Below are positions 30,301 to 39,192 of a DNA stretch of 64,000 nucleotides, piece after piece. Source of the stretch: an uncultured Gammaproteobacteria bacterium (GTDB lineage Bacteria > Patescibacteriota > Patescibacteriia > UBA11705 > DATKZF01); contig CAYPKD010000002.1 of assembly GCA_964411255.1 (NCBI GenBank), forward strand, positions 98,141 to 162,140, given 5' to 3'. The translations under genes were made by a program, and so were the position numbers. The notes under the pieces were generated by a model. That model was not told where the DNA came from, did not search any database, and saw only the letters and a list, made by a program, of their open reading frames with translations. Each line of letters begins with the position of its first letter. Position 1 is the stretch's first letter.

Positions 30301-30427
30301 GACTGTGTTAGCAGAAGAACATTATTTTGTACTGTCAGAGCATGAAGATTATCTTGGTGATTATTCTAGTCATTCAGTGGGTAAAGTAACAGAAAACAAA
30401 ACAAAGAAGGCAACACTCGTATTTTGA
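27317..30427 (+). CDS. large secreted beta-rich surface protein (possible beta-helix)
   Basis: Signal peptide (APANA/Q), Asn/Ser/Thr/Gly/Val-rich beta composition, Cys-containing C-terminal domain. Confidence 0.7.
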   Translation: MKQKTNICKKTALIMAGFIFAISITALIVAAPANAQSVTPEGDNSYLGGIGTDFSLDDVSINSSIPIYGSMSEARYNFVLFNVQRAPGASADSTFLTITGLIPDTSYNVHEDGFVPLVYTSDSTGEINFNQDIGTPHTLTIKTDSSIFEITADSTCGDVEAFGGVCDDSGPELNVTMPASCMINDSVWIHDFSGNIYFNDCTITAKPGYGIALYLTNVSGIMRDVKVKAARTGIAFGAGTKYLYIENVEVTPTIGDGLERIGFNFVGQDVEEIAVYDYVCNFFELPSDVNKGDICVLAQDGQSKIDFALGTISYSDRGFIFENSTFSSSEIQIVNTQIYLNYSESIGLSLRRANIIKSTNNNYLSYPGNDIPFYKAIEIKDVPFGVSVNDFISISDRFGLCQYGATVENGSNINFISPHEDQETSAQIAGIVAIDSENVNIVGTAAEPSLFYPKIFANAFEYENTTGIVGNYMNATSTGRDQTIFRTDEGNIILSTDIGYYDAAVEISEGVLPPEISHLSDDSIRIRNIGDDIDILFYDTYGVPIAQARLHPGTEFMVFHNEDGGVTVVNTNLGSEVTVFRLYDDPGWFVGASPIGTVISMPGDVMSFNSGNSVYVKNEAGNWDLELYDSNSNWVMNVPMSQGDHVMVEGNVDGSTSLTNVNTSAQDVYAIEWVESAGMLTLDQNETLSAISGVDVVNVNVADGAIDLDILDVGSQIAIAKTVLAQGSQASLAVNTAGGTELVNLGTGVFDIIIDDLAQFSLESTEGAVFSGTVKKDITPIYGNFDIEFLDSQDTVARVIMNDPTQTARLQRDPEGYANVQNISQTEITVEGYDTARISRSRLGYGDTIGFKRGSLQLKDTLGSFDVEYIALNGGIVGVTTLQNFEKMNLTHVGQTDVQVENIGTVSFDILNLFTNQTETVISGQTTVVIPGPTGQIEAKVKGGHPKKALEYATVKTYNKNDSCVSEYFPNAGQVNEFCEPVAMCVTGADGKCLMTVLAEEHYFVLSEHEDYLGDYSSHSVGKVTENKTKKATLVF

Positions 30428-30446
30428 GAATTTATTAAGATAATAT

Positions 30447-30474
30447 AAAACCAGTCTTTAATAGGCTGGTTTTT
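30447..30474 (+). terminator. intrinsic terminator
   Basis: AAAACCAGTCT-TTAAT-AGGCTGGTTTTT. Confidence 0.75.
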
Positions 30475-30586
30475 GTTTTAATTCACCTCTATAATATAAA
30501 AGTGTGCAATACTTGACAAAAAGGAACCACTGATATAAGATATCCGGTTCCTTGACGTACGCGGTTAGGCCGCTTGGAGGCAGCCA

Positions 30587-31549
30587 ATGCAATGCAATTT
30601 TGTTAAAGTCGTGATTTTGATAGTCACGTTTGGATGTAGCACCGTATCAAATCAAAAAGCAAAAGAATATGTTGATGTGGTTTATATGGATACTCAAAAA
30701 GATGAATCGAATTCTATATTGGATATAGAAAATGATTTGAATGATCAATATCAAAAAGATTCAGTTGACCAGATTCATTTGGTACAAGATGCAGAAGTAG
30801 GAACAGAATCTGTTCAGGAGATTGAAACTGATCAGACAGATGAAATTGACAGAGTAGGGGATATTCAAATTAAGGATCTGGAGGTCGAGGTTGAGGACAC
30901 TTTTGATACATTCGATTCTGAGGAATTGGGTACATTGGATATTCAATTCGATGAACAACCAGAAGCTGATCAGCAAATACCTGCTCAATTTGTCCAGATT
31001 GTGTTTATTTCAATTACTGAAGATGAACCAAATGTAAACGTCTGCATTGATTCAGCGTTTGCATCATGTTCTGATCCAATTATTACGCCTGTGATTATTG
31101 AATTTGAAGTTAATTCAAGCCATCCTGTTTGCGCTTTTCAGACAGGGTATAATGATTTTTGCTTTATGGTTCAGGTAGGAAATGAACCAATGGACGTAAT
31201 CATTGATCTGGAGCAAACCACACATGCAGATATTTGTCCCTGGATGACGGGCAATTATACATATGATGGCGGAAGTGTCGGGCCTTTTGATGATATTTTC
31301 GTTGTTGTACAGGTAGCCAGTGACCATTGCTTGGTATGTGGTTTAGAGCCGCCGGCTTTTGCTGGTATGTGTCTCATGGCAGTCTATCGCCCTCTAACTG
31401 AAGATTTTATCATTCATTGTTTACCAAATGATGATGCTTGTCCAAATGTTAAATGCGACATTATTCCCTGGCCAGGGATAATTGAATGCACTTACGATGA
31501 TGAATCTGGAATAGAGCAGACCATTTCCTGGCTTCAAGATCTTTTCTAG
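30587..31549 (+). CDS. acidic putative lipoprotein with PEGA-like and Cys-rich domains
   Basis: Lipobox-like TFGC, Asp/Glu-rich linker, V.ID..TP..H.V..GY.D pattern; GGAGG SD. Confidence 0.6.
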   Translation: MQCNFVKVVILIVTFGCSTVSNQKAKEYVDVVYMDTQKDESNSILDIENDLNDQYQKDSVDQIHLVQDAEVGTESVQEIETDQTDEIDRVGDIQIKDLEVEVEDTFDTFDSEELGTLDIQFDEQPEADQQIPAQFVQIVFISITEDEPNVNVCIDSAFASCSDPIITPVIIEFEVNSSHPVCAFQTGYNDFCFMVQVGNEPMDVIIDLEQTTHADICPWMTGNYTYDGGSVGPFDDIFVVVQVASDHCLVCGLEPPAFAGMCLMAVYRPLTEDFIIHCLPNDDACPNVKCDIIPWPGIIECTYDDESGIEQTISWLQDLF

Positions 31550-31789
31550 AGTCCTTGTTTCATGAATAAGGGCTTTTTATTTTGGCTTATCCACAAAAAT
31601 GGTGATAAGTCATAAAAATATTAAATATCAAAAATAAAATATCAAATAAAATTTAGACACTTTTTTTATCCACATAATTTTGCTGATTTTATATCTAAAA
31701 TTAGGAAAAAAATGAGATCATCTTGACTTTTATTATATAAAATGATACAGTATATTGTTTAGTAATTCCTGCTTGGAAAGGGGATAATA

Positions 31790-32545
31790 ATGATAGAGCA
31801 AGCTAAATCTAGGAAAATTGGTCTTATCGTTTCCATCATTTTGGTAATAATGTGGATTGTTGTAGCAATTATTGACAGTGTAACGGTTTCTGCACAGAAA
31901 AAGAAGATTCTGGATCTCTGGAAGCAGAAGGAGGATCTACAAACAGATCTTCAGAAGCAGAAGGAGGATCTACAAACAGATCTTCAGAAGCAGAAGGAGG
32001 ATCATCAGGCAAGATATGATTTTGCCATTGGAAAGTTCAGAGAAACCATTAAGAGCGCATCTTTTATCCTTGCAAAATCAGGCCTGGAATTGCCTGAAAA
32101 GTGTTGGGTAAAAAGAAATTTTGAAGTGAATGACGAGCATAACATGCTTGAGATCATTCAGGATTTGTTGGATTGTATTGATTCTGCAATGGAGATGTCA
32201 GAAGATATCAGGGATAATTTGGTAATAAAATTGACTAATACGCAAATTGAGCTGCTCGAGGCTCAAATGAGTCTGAAGCTAATCACCAAATCGTATGAAA
32301 AATGCGAAACCATGGCTAAAGGCGGAACTCATGTATATAAGAAGGCAACAGCCAAGCGCTGGCGTGCCAGTGCATTCCGGTGGAAAAATCAGGTTCAAGG
32401 TCTTGAAGAACAAGTTGAAACCTTGAAGAGAGAAAATGAAGCATTGAGAAATAATCGAAAACCCAGAGTACAAGCACCAGTGCCACATAAGACTCCAAGA
32501 TCATTGGATATACAAGAAAATGATCAAAGGGGTTGTTCAAAATAA
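31790..32545 (+). CDS. membrane-anchored coiled-coil protein
   Basis: N-terminal TM, heptad-rich; internal KQKEDLQTDLQ repeat. Confidence 0.7.
   Translation: MIEQAKSRKIGLIVSIILVIMWIVVAIIDSVTVSAQKKKILDLWKQKEDLQTDLQKQKEDLQTDLQKQKEDHQARYDFAIGKFRETIKSASFILAKSGLELPEKCWVKRNFEVNDEHNMLEIIQDLLDCIDSAMEMSEDIRDNLVIKLTNTQIELLEAQMSLKLITKSYEKCETMAKGGTHVYKKATAKRWRASAFRWKNQVQGLEEQVETLKRENEALRNNRKPRVQAPVPHKTPRSLDIQENDQRGCSK
31921..32003 (+). repeat. 33-nt perfect tandem repeat (about 2.5 copies)
   Basis: GAAGCAGAAGGAGGATCTACAAACAGATCTTCA repeated in frame. Confidence 0.9.
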
Positions 32546-32807
32546 GTAACCCAAGTCACCCAGTCCTAATCGCTATTTAGGACTTTTTTAATTGTTTATT
32601 TTTATCCCCATTTTTGGGGATAAGTTTATTAATTAACTAAAAAAAATAGATTTTTTTCCAATAAACTTTACACACGATTTATCCACATAAAACAATAAAT
32701 ATTTGAAAAATGCCTTAAAATAGGGTGTTTATTAATCTTTATACAGGTGTTGATTAGTGGTTGATTGGATGTGTATTGTGGGGTATAATGGATGTAGTAA
32801 GTTAATT

Positions 32808-32836
32808 TGTGGGGAAAAGTGGGGATAATCTGGCGG
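32808..32836 (+). promoter_or_regulatory. MraZ-binding direct repeats
   Basis: GTGGGGAAAA-GTGGGGATAA-TCTGGCGG with 10-nt period upstream of mraZ, matching the known GTGG(G) repeat pattern. Confidence 0.7.
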
Positions 32837-33025
32837 AAAACTAAACTGAGCTTTATTGGTTTTCCGCCAGGTTCACTTAATATTACAAATAATCAAATCT
32901 ATTTTGATTATTTATTGCGTGATTTGAAATATTACAAATAATTACAAATGATTCAGATATTTGTAGTTATTCGTAATAGATCCCTAATACTTTATTATCC
33001 AACTAGTATAGGATATTTGTAATAT

Positions 33026-33457
33026 ATGTTTATCGGCGAGTATCAACATAACCTTGATCAAAAAGACAGGCTGGCTGTGCCTGTTAAGTTTAGAGCTAAA
33101 TTAAAGCAGGGTGCTGTTGTCACTCGCGGATTAGATAATTGTTTATTTCTATACCCGCAAGCTGAGTGGAAAAAGTTAGCTGAAAAGCTGGCCTCATTGC
33201 CAATCAGCAAATCAAATACCAGGGCATTCAGTCGGTTTATGCTCTCTGGAGCAATGGATGTAAATGTTGACAAGCAGGGAAGAATAAAGCTGCCGGATTA
33301 TTTAAAAAAATTTGCAGGTATGAAAAAGACCGTTATCGTTGCCGGGCTATATAATCGTTTAGAGCTTTGGGATAAGGAATCATGGAATAAATATAAACAG
33401 GGTACTGAAAAGGCAAGTACAGATATAGCTGAGGAATTAGAAAATCTTGATGTCTAG
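33026..33457 (+). CDS. mraZ: division/cell wall cluster transcriptional repressor MraZ
   Basis: MFIGEYQHNLD.K.R..P.KFR..TRGLDNCL..DKQGRI..RLELW. Confidence 0.97.
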   Translation: MFIGEYQHNLDQKDRLAVPVKFRAKLKQGAVVTRGLDNCLFLYPQAEWKKLAEKLASLPISKSNTRAFSRFMLSGAMDVNVDKQGRIKLPDYLKKFAGMKKTVIVAGLYNRLELWDKESWNKYKQGTEKASTDIAEELENLDV

Positions 33458-33544
33458 ATCCTACGAGATCTACAGATCCTCTACAGATACTACAGATATC
33501 TGTAAAAACAGTGGCAGATCTGTAGATCATGTAGCAGCTAATAT

Positions 33545-34471
33545 ATGACTATTCACAAACCCGTTTTAGTTAAGGAGGTACTTGAATTGCTCGAACCGAG
33601 TAAAAACCAAAATTTTATTGACTGTACATTAGGCGCTGGCGGACACACAAAAGCGTTGCTTGACCAGACGAAGCCGAATGGAAGAATTTTAGCAATTGAC
33701 TGGGATGAAAATGCAGTTGAATCAGCAAAAAATAATTTAAAACAATATTTGCCCAGACTGGTTTTGATAAATGATAATTACACGAATTTAAAAAACATTG
33801 TAGCTGATAATAATTTTGAAAAGATAAATGGTATTTTACTTGATCTGGGATTATCATCAGATCAATTCGCATCATCAGGCAGGGGATTTAGTTTTCAAAA
33901 AGATGAGCCTTTAGACATGCGATATAGCACTGATAGCAGTTTAACAGCTGCGCAAATAATTAATTCATGGTCAGAAAAAGAATTGAAGAGGATTTTTAAA
34001 GAATTGGGAGAAGAAAAAAGGGTTCATAAAATCGCTGCAGAAATAATAAAATATCGCCGGAAAAGAAAAATAAAAACAACTAAGCAATTAGTTGAAATAA
34101 TTCAAAGAGTAAAAGGGAAGCAACAATCCAGAATTCATCCTGCTACCAAAGTATTTCAGGCATTGCGTATAACCGTAAATAATGAATTGGAAAATATTGA
34201 AAGTACATTGAAGCAGGCTATTGAAATAATGCCTTCAGAATCAAAAATCGCAGTTATTAGCTTTCATTCACTCGAAGATAAAATAGTTAAGCATTTTTTT
34301 CAAAAAGAAAGTAAAAATTGCATTTGCCCGCCAGAAATTCCAGAATGCAGATGTGAGCATAAAACCAGTTTAAAAATTAAAACAAAAAAACCGATTATTG
34401 CATCTGAAGAGGAAGTAGCAGAAAATCCTCGTTCAAGATCTGCAAAATTAAGAGTGGCAGAGCGGATATAA
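33545..34471 (+). CDS. rsmH: 16S rRNA m4C1402 methyltransferase
   Basis: HKPVL, DCTLGAGGH, DLGLSS, PLDMR, FQALRI, SFHSLED, NPRSRSAKLR. Confidence 0.98.
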   Translation: MTIHKPVLVKEVLELLEPSKNQNFIDCTLGAGGHTKALLDQTKPNGRILAIDWDENAVESAKNNLKQYLPRLVLINDNYTNLKNIVADNNFEKINGILLDLGLSSDQFASSGRGFSFQKDEPLDMRYSTDSSLTAAQIINSWSEKELKRIFKELGEEKRVHKIAAEIIKYRRKRKIKTTKQLVEIIQRVKGKQQSRIHPATKVFQALRITVNNELENIESTLKQAIEIMPSESKIAVISFHSLEDKIVKHFFQKESKNCICPPEIPECRCEHKTSLKIKTKKPIIASEEEVAENPRSRSAKLRVAERI

Positions 34472-34495
34472 ACAAAAATAAAATAGAACTTTATT

Positions 34496-34861
34496 ATGTC
34501 TCCATTTTTTAAGTTTCAAAAATGTTCCAGGGCCAATAGGAATGAAGAAAAACCATGCGCCAAAATAAAAATAGGCAATAAATCAAAATTGTTTATTAAG
34601 ATTTTAATCATTATATTTTTAGTTGGTTCAGTATTCTTATATTTACTTCAAATAAACAGCTTGGCAACAAAGGGATTTAAAATTCAGGCTTTAGAAATGC
34701 AGGTAAGTGAATTAAATGAATCCAATAAGAAATTAAGCTTAGAGGCAGTAAGACTAAGATCCATGGCTGAATTAAATGAAAAAGTGCAGAATTTGGATAT
34801 GGTGCCAATTAACAATTTTTCATATATTGATGCAACCTCTACTGGAATGGCAAAAAAATAA
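34496..34861 (+). CDS. ftsL: FtsL-like cell division protein
   Basis: Follows rsmH; single TM then coiled coil. Confidence 0.65.
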   Translation: MSPFFKFQKCSRANRNEEKPCAKIKIGNKSKLFIKILIIIFLVGSVFLYLLQINSLATKGFKIQALEMQVSELNESNKKLSLEAVRLRSMAELNEKVQNLDMVPINNFSYIDATSTGMAKK

Positions 34862-34883
34862 TAGATATTATTATAATAAAATT

Positions 34884-34909
34884 TCGGTCCACGAGGGCCG
34901 ATTTTTTTT
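34884..34909 (+). terminator. intrinsic terminator after ftsL
   Basis: TCGGTCC-ACGA-GGGCCGA-TTTTTTTT. Confidence 0.75.
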
Positions 34910-34982
34910 AAAAAATCATTATTGACAAATAGTTAAAAATTTGCTAAGGTTACATAAATCTTAAATAAATAATACTATAAAT

Positions 34983-36050
34983 ATGGCAAAAACAATATCA
35001 TCGATTTTATTAATTGCAGTTATAGTGATTGTCTTATCATTAATCGGCGGTGGCCTTTTTTACTGGTTTTTGACCAATAAAGTGGATGTAGAACCCAGCG
35101 CAGCTTTGCAAAAACAGCAGCAAATATCAACCGAGGACGCGTTGCAGGATATTGAAGAAAAGTATGCATTGTATGAGAATGATGATTTTGGTTTTGAATT
35201 TTATTATCCAGCAAAATGGCTTATTGTTCGAGAAGGATCTGATATGGGAAGCGCTTATGTCCAGTTTGGAAAAAATATGAATCCAGAAGACTTAGTGGCG
35301 CCAGAAGACTTCAAGTTTACGATTTGGGCTAATCCTCCAGGCATGGGATTTGAATATTTAAATAATGTTCTTGAAGAAGATACTATTAACTTTGGAAAAC
35401 CAAGTGTGGAGGCTGACAGAGCTTTGGCAACTGGTGAAGTTGAAGATAAAACAGTAAAAGGTGAAAGACTGCGTTTTAACAGGAATCAAGATTCTTATTT
35501 TATTTTATATCAGGTAGATTTGGATAAATGGGAAGAATATGAGCCATATTTGAAAAAATTCAAGGAGACCTGGAAGTTTGCAGATGAAAATGTAGATATC
35601 CGAGAGTTTTCATATGATGATAAAGCAAATGATTTTAAGGTACTTAAGGAAGCTTTTGATATTAAAGGAACTTTTAGGACTGAGAAGTTGGTTGGACAAA
35701 GTAAAGAATGCGGTACTAATAAAAGTGAAAAATATTTTGAAAAATTAATGTCAGAATATAAGGATGGGGAAAAGGGCGTTGTTTATTCTTTTGAATATGG
35801 TAAAGCATCTCAAAAACCAAGTTATTGGACTATGCAGATTATGCCAAATAGGCTTGGATATAAAAATTTAGATGAATTCAAAAAAGATTTTGATTTTTGC
35901 GCTGCAGGCGGTGTTTATCCATTTGCAGTATCAGAAAATTATCTAGCTTTTTCAATATCTTGCGGTACTGGATTTTCAGACGGATCTGGATTGCCGATTG
36001 GGTGTGAAGAGGTGAGGATAATTGTTGAGCCTTCAATAAAATTAAAGTAA
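34983..36050 (+). CDS. membrane-anchored extracellular protein (PsbP-like F-x-YP-x-x-W domain plus Cys domain)
   Basis: N-terminal TM; YENDDFGFEFYYPAKW. Confidence 0.7.
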   Translation: MAKTISSILLIAVIVIVLSLIGGGLFYWFLTNKVDVEPSAALQKQQQISTEDALQDIEEKYALYENDDFGFEFYYPAKWLIVREGSDMGSAYVQFGKNMNPEDLVAPEDFKFTIWANPPGMGFEYLNNVLEEDTINFGKPSVEADRALATGEVEDKTVKGERLRFNRNQDSYFILYQVDLDKWEEYEPYLKKFKETWKFADENVDIREFSYDDKANDFKVLKEAFDIKGTFRTEKLVGQSKECGTNKSEKYFEKLMSEYKDGEKGVVYSFEYGKASQKPSYWTMQIMPNRLGYKNLDEFKKDFDFCAAGGVYPFAVSENYLAFSISCGTGFSDGSGLPIGCEEVRIIVEPSIKLK

Positions 36051-36148
36051 AGCAAATTAAATAGAAAATCAGCCTAAAGCAGGTTGATTTTTGTTTTGAA
36101 TTAATATTGAGTTTAATCATTGTTAATGCAAGTTCAATTTTTTCTAAA

Positions 36149-36312
36149 CAGGCTAAAGCCTGCTTTGCCCTTTCCAATGTTGGCTTGCGCCAAGTTACTT
36201 TTTGCCACCAAAAAGTAACCAAAAACCGCTGGGGGGCTTCAAATGCGAAGTAATGATTGAGTTTATGTATCGCGCAAGGGGCAATCAGCCCCCCAGACCC
36301 CCGGTGCTATAG
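36149..36312. repeat. ~165-bp dispersed structured repeat, copy 1 (MITE-like or ncRNA)
   Basis: Near-identical to 45314-45478; several hairpins including GTTACTTTTTG..CAAAAAGTAAC. Confidence 0.85.
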
Positions 36313-36387
36313 AAGATAAGATGTTTTAAATTTGAAATTTTGGCATGTTTATATATTTACACAGATTTTTTCGCCCGGTTTTCATCT

Positions 36388-36877
36388 TTATGGTATAATT
36401 AGTAACAGAGAAACAAAGAAATTTATAAAAAGATATATTACATGTCTAATACAATTTTTCGTTTTAGAGAATTCCCTGTATATAACGATGCCAGGAAATT
36501 TAGAGCAGATTTGAAAAAATTATCAAAAGAAAAATTTCCTTCAGAAGAACAATACATTTTAAGAAGACAGCTTTGGCGAGCATTAGATTCAATAATATTA
36601 AATATTGCAGAGGGAGCAGATAAGCATTCTGATAAGGATTTCAGTCATTATCTAAATCATGCTCTTGGATCAATTAATGAAGTTATCGGATGCTTAGATT
36701 GCGCCTTAGATGATTATTATATTGAAATCACTGAACATAAAAGGTATTTAGAACAAGCTGAAAACATTATTAAACAATTAAAAGCATTTATTTCCAAGCT
36801 TAGAAAAGATGATAAACGTTTTTAGTTTTTATTTGTGTTTCTTTGTTTCTATGTGCTTTTGTTAATTTTATGCCAAA
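36388..36877 (+). repeat. ~490-bp direct repeat, copy 1 (four-helix-bundle cassette)
   Basis: Nearly identical to 39193-39697. Confidence 0.9.
36442..36825 (+). CDS. four helix bundle protein (23S rRNA IVS-protein family)
   Basis: FP.EE.Y.L..QL.RA..SI.LNIAEG..F..YL..A.GS..E. Confidence 0.9.
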   Translation: MSNTIFRFREFPVYNDARKFRADLKKLSKEKFPSEEQYILRRQLWRALDSIILNIAEGADKHSDKDFSHYLNHALGSINEVIGCLDCALDDYYIEITEHKRYLEQAENIIKQLKAFISKLRKDDKRF

Positions 36878-37541
36878 CAAAAAATTTAAACCGTCAATGA
36901 TACCAATTTATGTAATTTTGGCCATTGCTATTATTACAGTCACTTTTTTAATAGTAGGCGGCGCATATTTGTGGCACTATTCTTTAATTACAAAAATCGA
37001 CACTTTAGAGCAAAATCAGGCTGTTTTAGAGCAAAAAATAGAGTATATACAACCAAAGGCAACTGAAGAAGAGATTATTAAAAAAGAAAAAGACAGCATT
37101 GAAGAAGAAGAAAAAGGATTCATCGAAGTAAAGGATTATGAATTTAAATATCCAACTGATTGGATAAAGAAAAAAGCTGAGTATTCGAAATATTCTGATA
37201 GTGTAGATTTTAATTTTTATGATCAATCAAATAATTTAATCGCTATGCTTGCCTGCCCAATACCGGAAATTGGATTTGAAGCAATGATCTACGAAGAGAC
37301 TAAAAGGCATATAAAAAAAAATAATAAGACATATGAAATTTTATTATGGGAAGGTAAAATCAGACCAGAATTGATAGAGCCAGATTTTGATCAGCCTGAA
37401 GAAGAAATGATTATTTTTATGAGAGAAAGCGATTGGCTGGATTCTGGAACAGATAGTTATATGAATTCATGCATGTTAATAATCAGACATTTGGATGACC
37501 TGGTAGGTACAGCTCAAGATATTTATCATTCAATTAAATAA
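36870..37541 (+). CDS. constant-anchor membrane protein, subfamily A
   Basis: MPNKKFKPSMIPIYVILAIAII..GGAYLWHYSLITKIDTLEQ shared with next two genes; start moved to 36870. Confidence 0.8.
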   Translation: MPNKKFKPSMIPIYVILAIAIITVTFLIVGGAYLWHYSLITKIDTLEQNQAVLEQKIEYIQPKATEEEIIKKEKDSIEEEEKGFIEVKDYEFKYPTDWIKKKAEYSKYSDSVDFNFYDQSNNLIAMLACPIPEIGFEAMIYEETKRHIKKNNKTYEILLWEGKIRPELIEPDFDQPEEEMIIFMRESDWLDSGTDSYMNSCMLIIRHLDDLVGTAQDIYHSIK

Positions 37542-37546
37542 ATTTT

Positions 37547-38350
37547 ATGCCAAAGAAAAAATTCAAACCATCAATGATACCAATTTATGTGATTTTAGTA
37601 ATTGCTATTATTACAGTCACGTTTTTAATCGTAGGCGGAGCATATTTATGGCACTATTCTTTAATAACAAAAATCGACACTTTAGAACAAAGTCAGGCTG
37701 TTCTACAGCAAAAATTAAATGCTACCGCTGATGCTGAAGAAGATGAAGCTACAGATACTGAAGAAGAAGATGTTGAAGAAGCAGTTCAGCAAGATTTATC
37801 TCCATTAAAATCAGCTATAGAGGCTGAGGAAATAGCGCAGGATTATCAATATAGGCATGGTCAGCTAGAAGGTTTTATTTCACTTGAAAAAGGCAATTCG
37901 CTTGTTTTTGCAAAAAAAGCATTGGCAAAACTGTATGAAAATGAAGAAATTATTCAAGGCTTTTATTTTCCAAAAAGTCCGGCAAATGAAAATGTAATCT
38001 TTTTATCAACCAGCGTGGATGCATATAACCTGAAAACTCCCCATCTAAATAAAATTTATTCTTATAATATAAAAACAGGGGAAATAACTGAACTTTATGA
38101 GGAAAAAGTGACCAATGACCGATTATTGCGAACAATGGGTATTGAAGGATCAAAGCTAATTTTAATGGTAGATATGATTGATAATTCTCCTGGCCCTTGT
38201 TTTTCAATCTGGGCTCATTGGGATGATTTTGAATATCTTGAATTATCAGATGTTAATGCTGGTTTAGAATCTTATAAAGTCCCAGCGTATCAGGTAAATG
38301 AAGGCAGAAAGGAAAGTGAAAAGTGCGAAGAACAAATGAAGCAAGACTAA
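37547..38350 (+). CDS. constant-anchor membrane protein, subfamily A
   Basis: Same ~55-aa N-terminus, unrelated ectodomain. Confidence 0.8.
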   Translation: MPKKKFKPSMIPIYVILVIAIITVTFLIVGGAYLWHYSLITKIDTLEQSQAVLQQKLNATADAEEDEATDTEEEDVEEAVQQDLSPLKSAIEAEEIAQDYQYRHGQLEGFISLEKGNSLVFAKKALAKLYENEEIIQGFYFPKSPANENVIFLSTSVDAYNLKTPHLNKIYSYNIKTGEITELYEEKVTNDRLLRTMGIEGSKLILMVDMIDNSPGPCFSIWAHWDDFEYLELSDVNAGLESYKVPAYQVNEGRKESEKCEEQMKQD

Positions 38351-38399
38351 TATTTATAACTATCTTTTAAAAAAATAAAAATAATAAATTCGTAACCTT

Positions 38400-39080
38400 A
38401 TGCCAAAGAAAAAATTTAAACCGTCAATGATTCCAATTTATGTAATTTTAGCCATTGCTATTATTACAGTCGCATTCCTTATTGTTGGCGGAGCCTATTT
38501 ATGGCACTATTCTTTAATAACAAAAATTGACACATTAGAGCAAAATCAGGCTGCTTTAGAGCTGGAGATTAAGAAAGCAAAGCCAGAGGCTGATAAAAAG
38601 GTGGAGGAGGTTGATGATGAAGTAGATGGAGAGGATGAAATAGGGGTAACTGATAAAGTATTTGAAGGTGATGGTTTCTCATTCATATATCCAGAAAAAT
38701 TTATTGCTGATGAAAAAGGACTTTGGACAAAAGAAGGATATGACCGCCATATTAATCCGTCCTATGGATGTGATACGTGTCAAATCCCGGAAATTGAAAT
38801 AAAGTCAGTGTCTACTTCTATTTCTTTGGAAAAATACATTCTTTCAGATTATGATTTGCCTGGCAATACCTTAAAGGAGATGACAAAACAAATAAATATT
38901 CCATATTCAACTATGAATCTGGGAGATAATGAGTTTATAAAAATTACTGTTGGAGACATGTATAATTTAACAGGGTATTATACAAAAGATGATAAGAACA
39001 TTGTTGCTTTTAGAGTCTATTTTGACAGTAGAGACACCTCAGAGTTAAGAGAGATTATTTCATCATTAAAGTTTGATTAA
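38400..39080 (+). CDS. constant-anchor membrane protein, subfamily A
   Basis: Same N-terminus; GFSFIYP ectodomain with CxxC. Confidence 0.8.
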   Translation: MPKKKFKPSMIPIYVILAIAIITVAFLIVGGAYLWHYSLITKIDTLEQNQAALELEIKKAKPEADKKVEEVDDEVDGEDEIGVTDKVFEGDGFSFIYPEKFIADEKGLWTKEGYDRHINPSYGCDTCQIPEIEIKSVSTSISLEKYILSDYDLPGNTLKEMTKQINIPYSTMNLGDNEFIKITVGDMYNLTGYYTKDDKNIVAFRVYFDSRDTSELREIISSLKFD

Positions 39081-39092
39081 ATTAATTATACA

Positions 39093-39125
39093 AAAAAACC
39101 AGCGTAGTTTCTATGTTGGTTTTTT
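39093..39125 (+). terminator. intrinsic terminator
   Basis: AAAAACCAGCGTAG-TTT-CTATGTTGGTTTTTT. Confidence 0.7.
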
Positions 39126-39192
39126 AGTTACAAGGTTGGAATAGAATTTTATTTATACACAAGAAAATAATAAATAATTACAAATATTAGCG

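Larger units (their letters stand above)
31587..32828. promoter_or_regulatory. DnaA-box cluster in the two intergenic regions upstream of mraZ
   Basis: TTATCCACA at 31587, 31666, 32679; one-mismatch boxes at 32602, 32615 (reverse) and 32820 (reverse). Confidence 0.65.

Noticed and set aside
31587-32828. oriC
   Set aside because: No dnaA/dnaN nearby and gene orientation stays mostly + on both sides; GC-skew analysis would be needed
35878-36222. 114-aa minus-strand ORF
   Set aside because: Spans the dispersed repeat, a terminator and the end of a real gene; likely spurious
36442-36825. 23S rRNA intervening sequence or DGR Avd
   Set aside because: No rRNA or reverse transcriptase context; family name only
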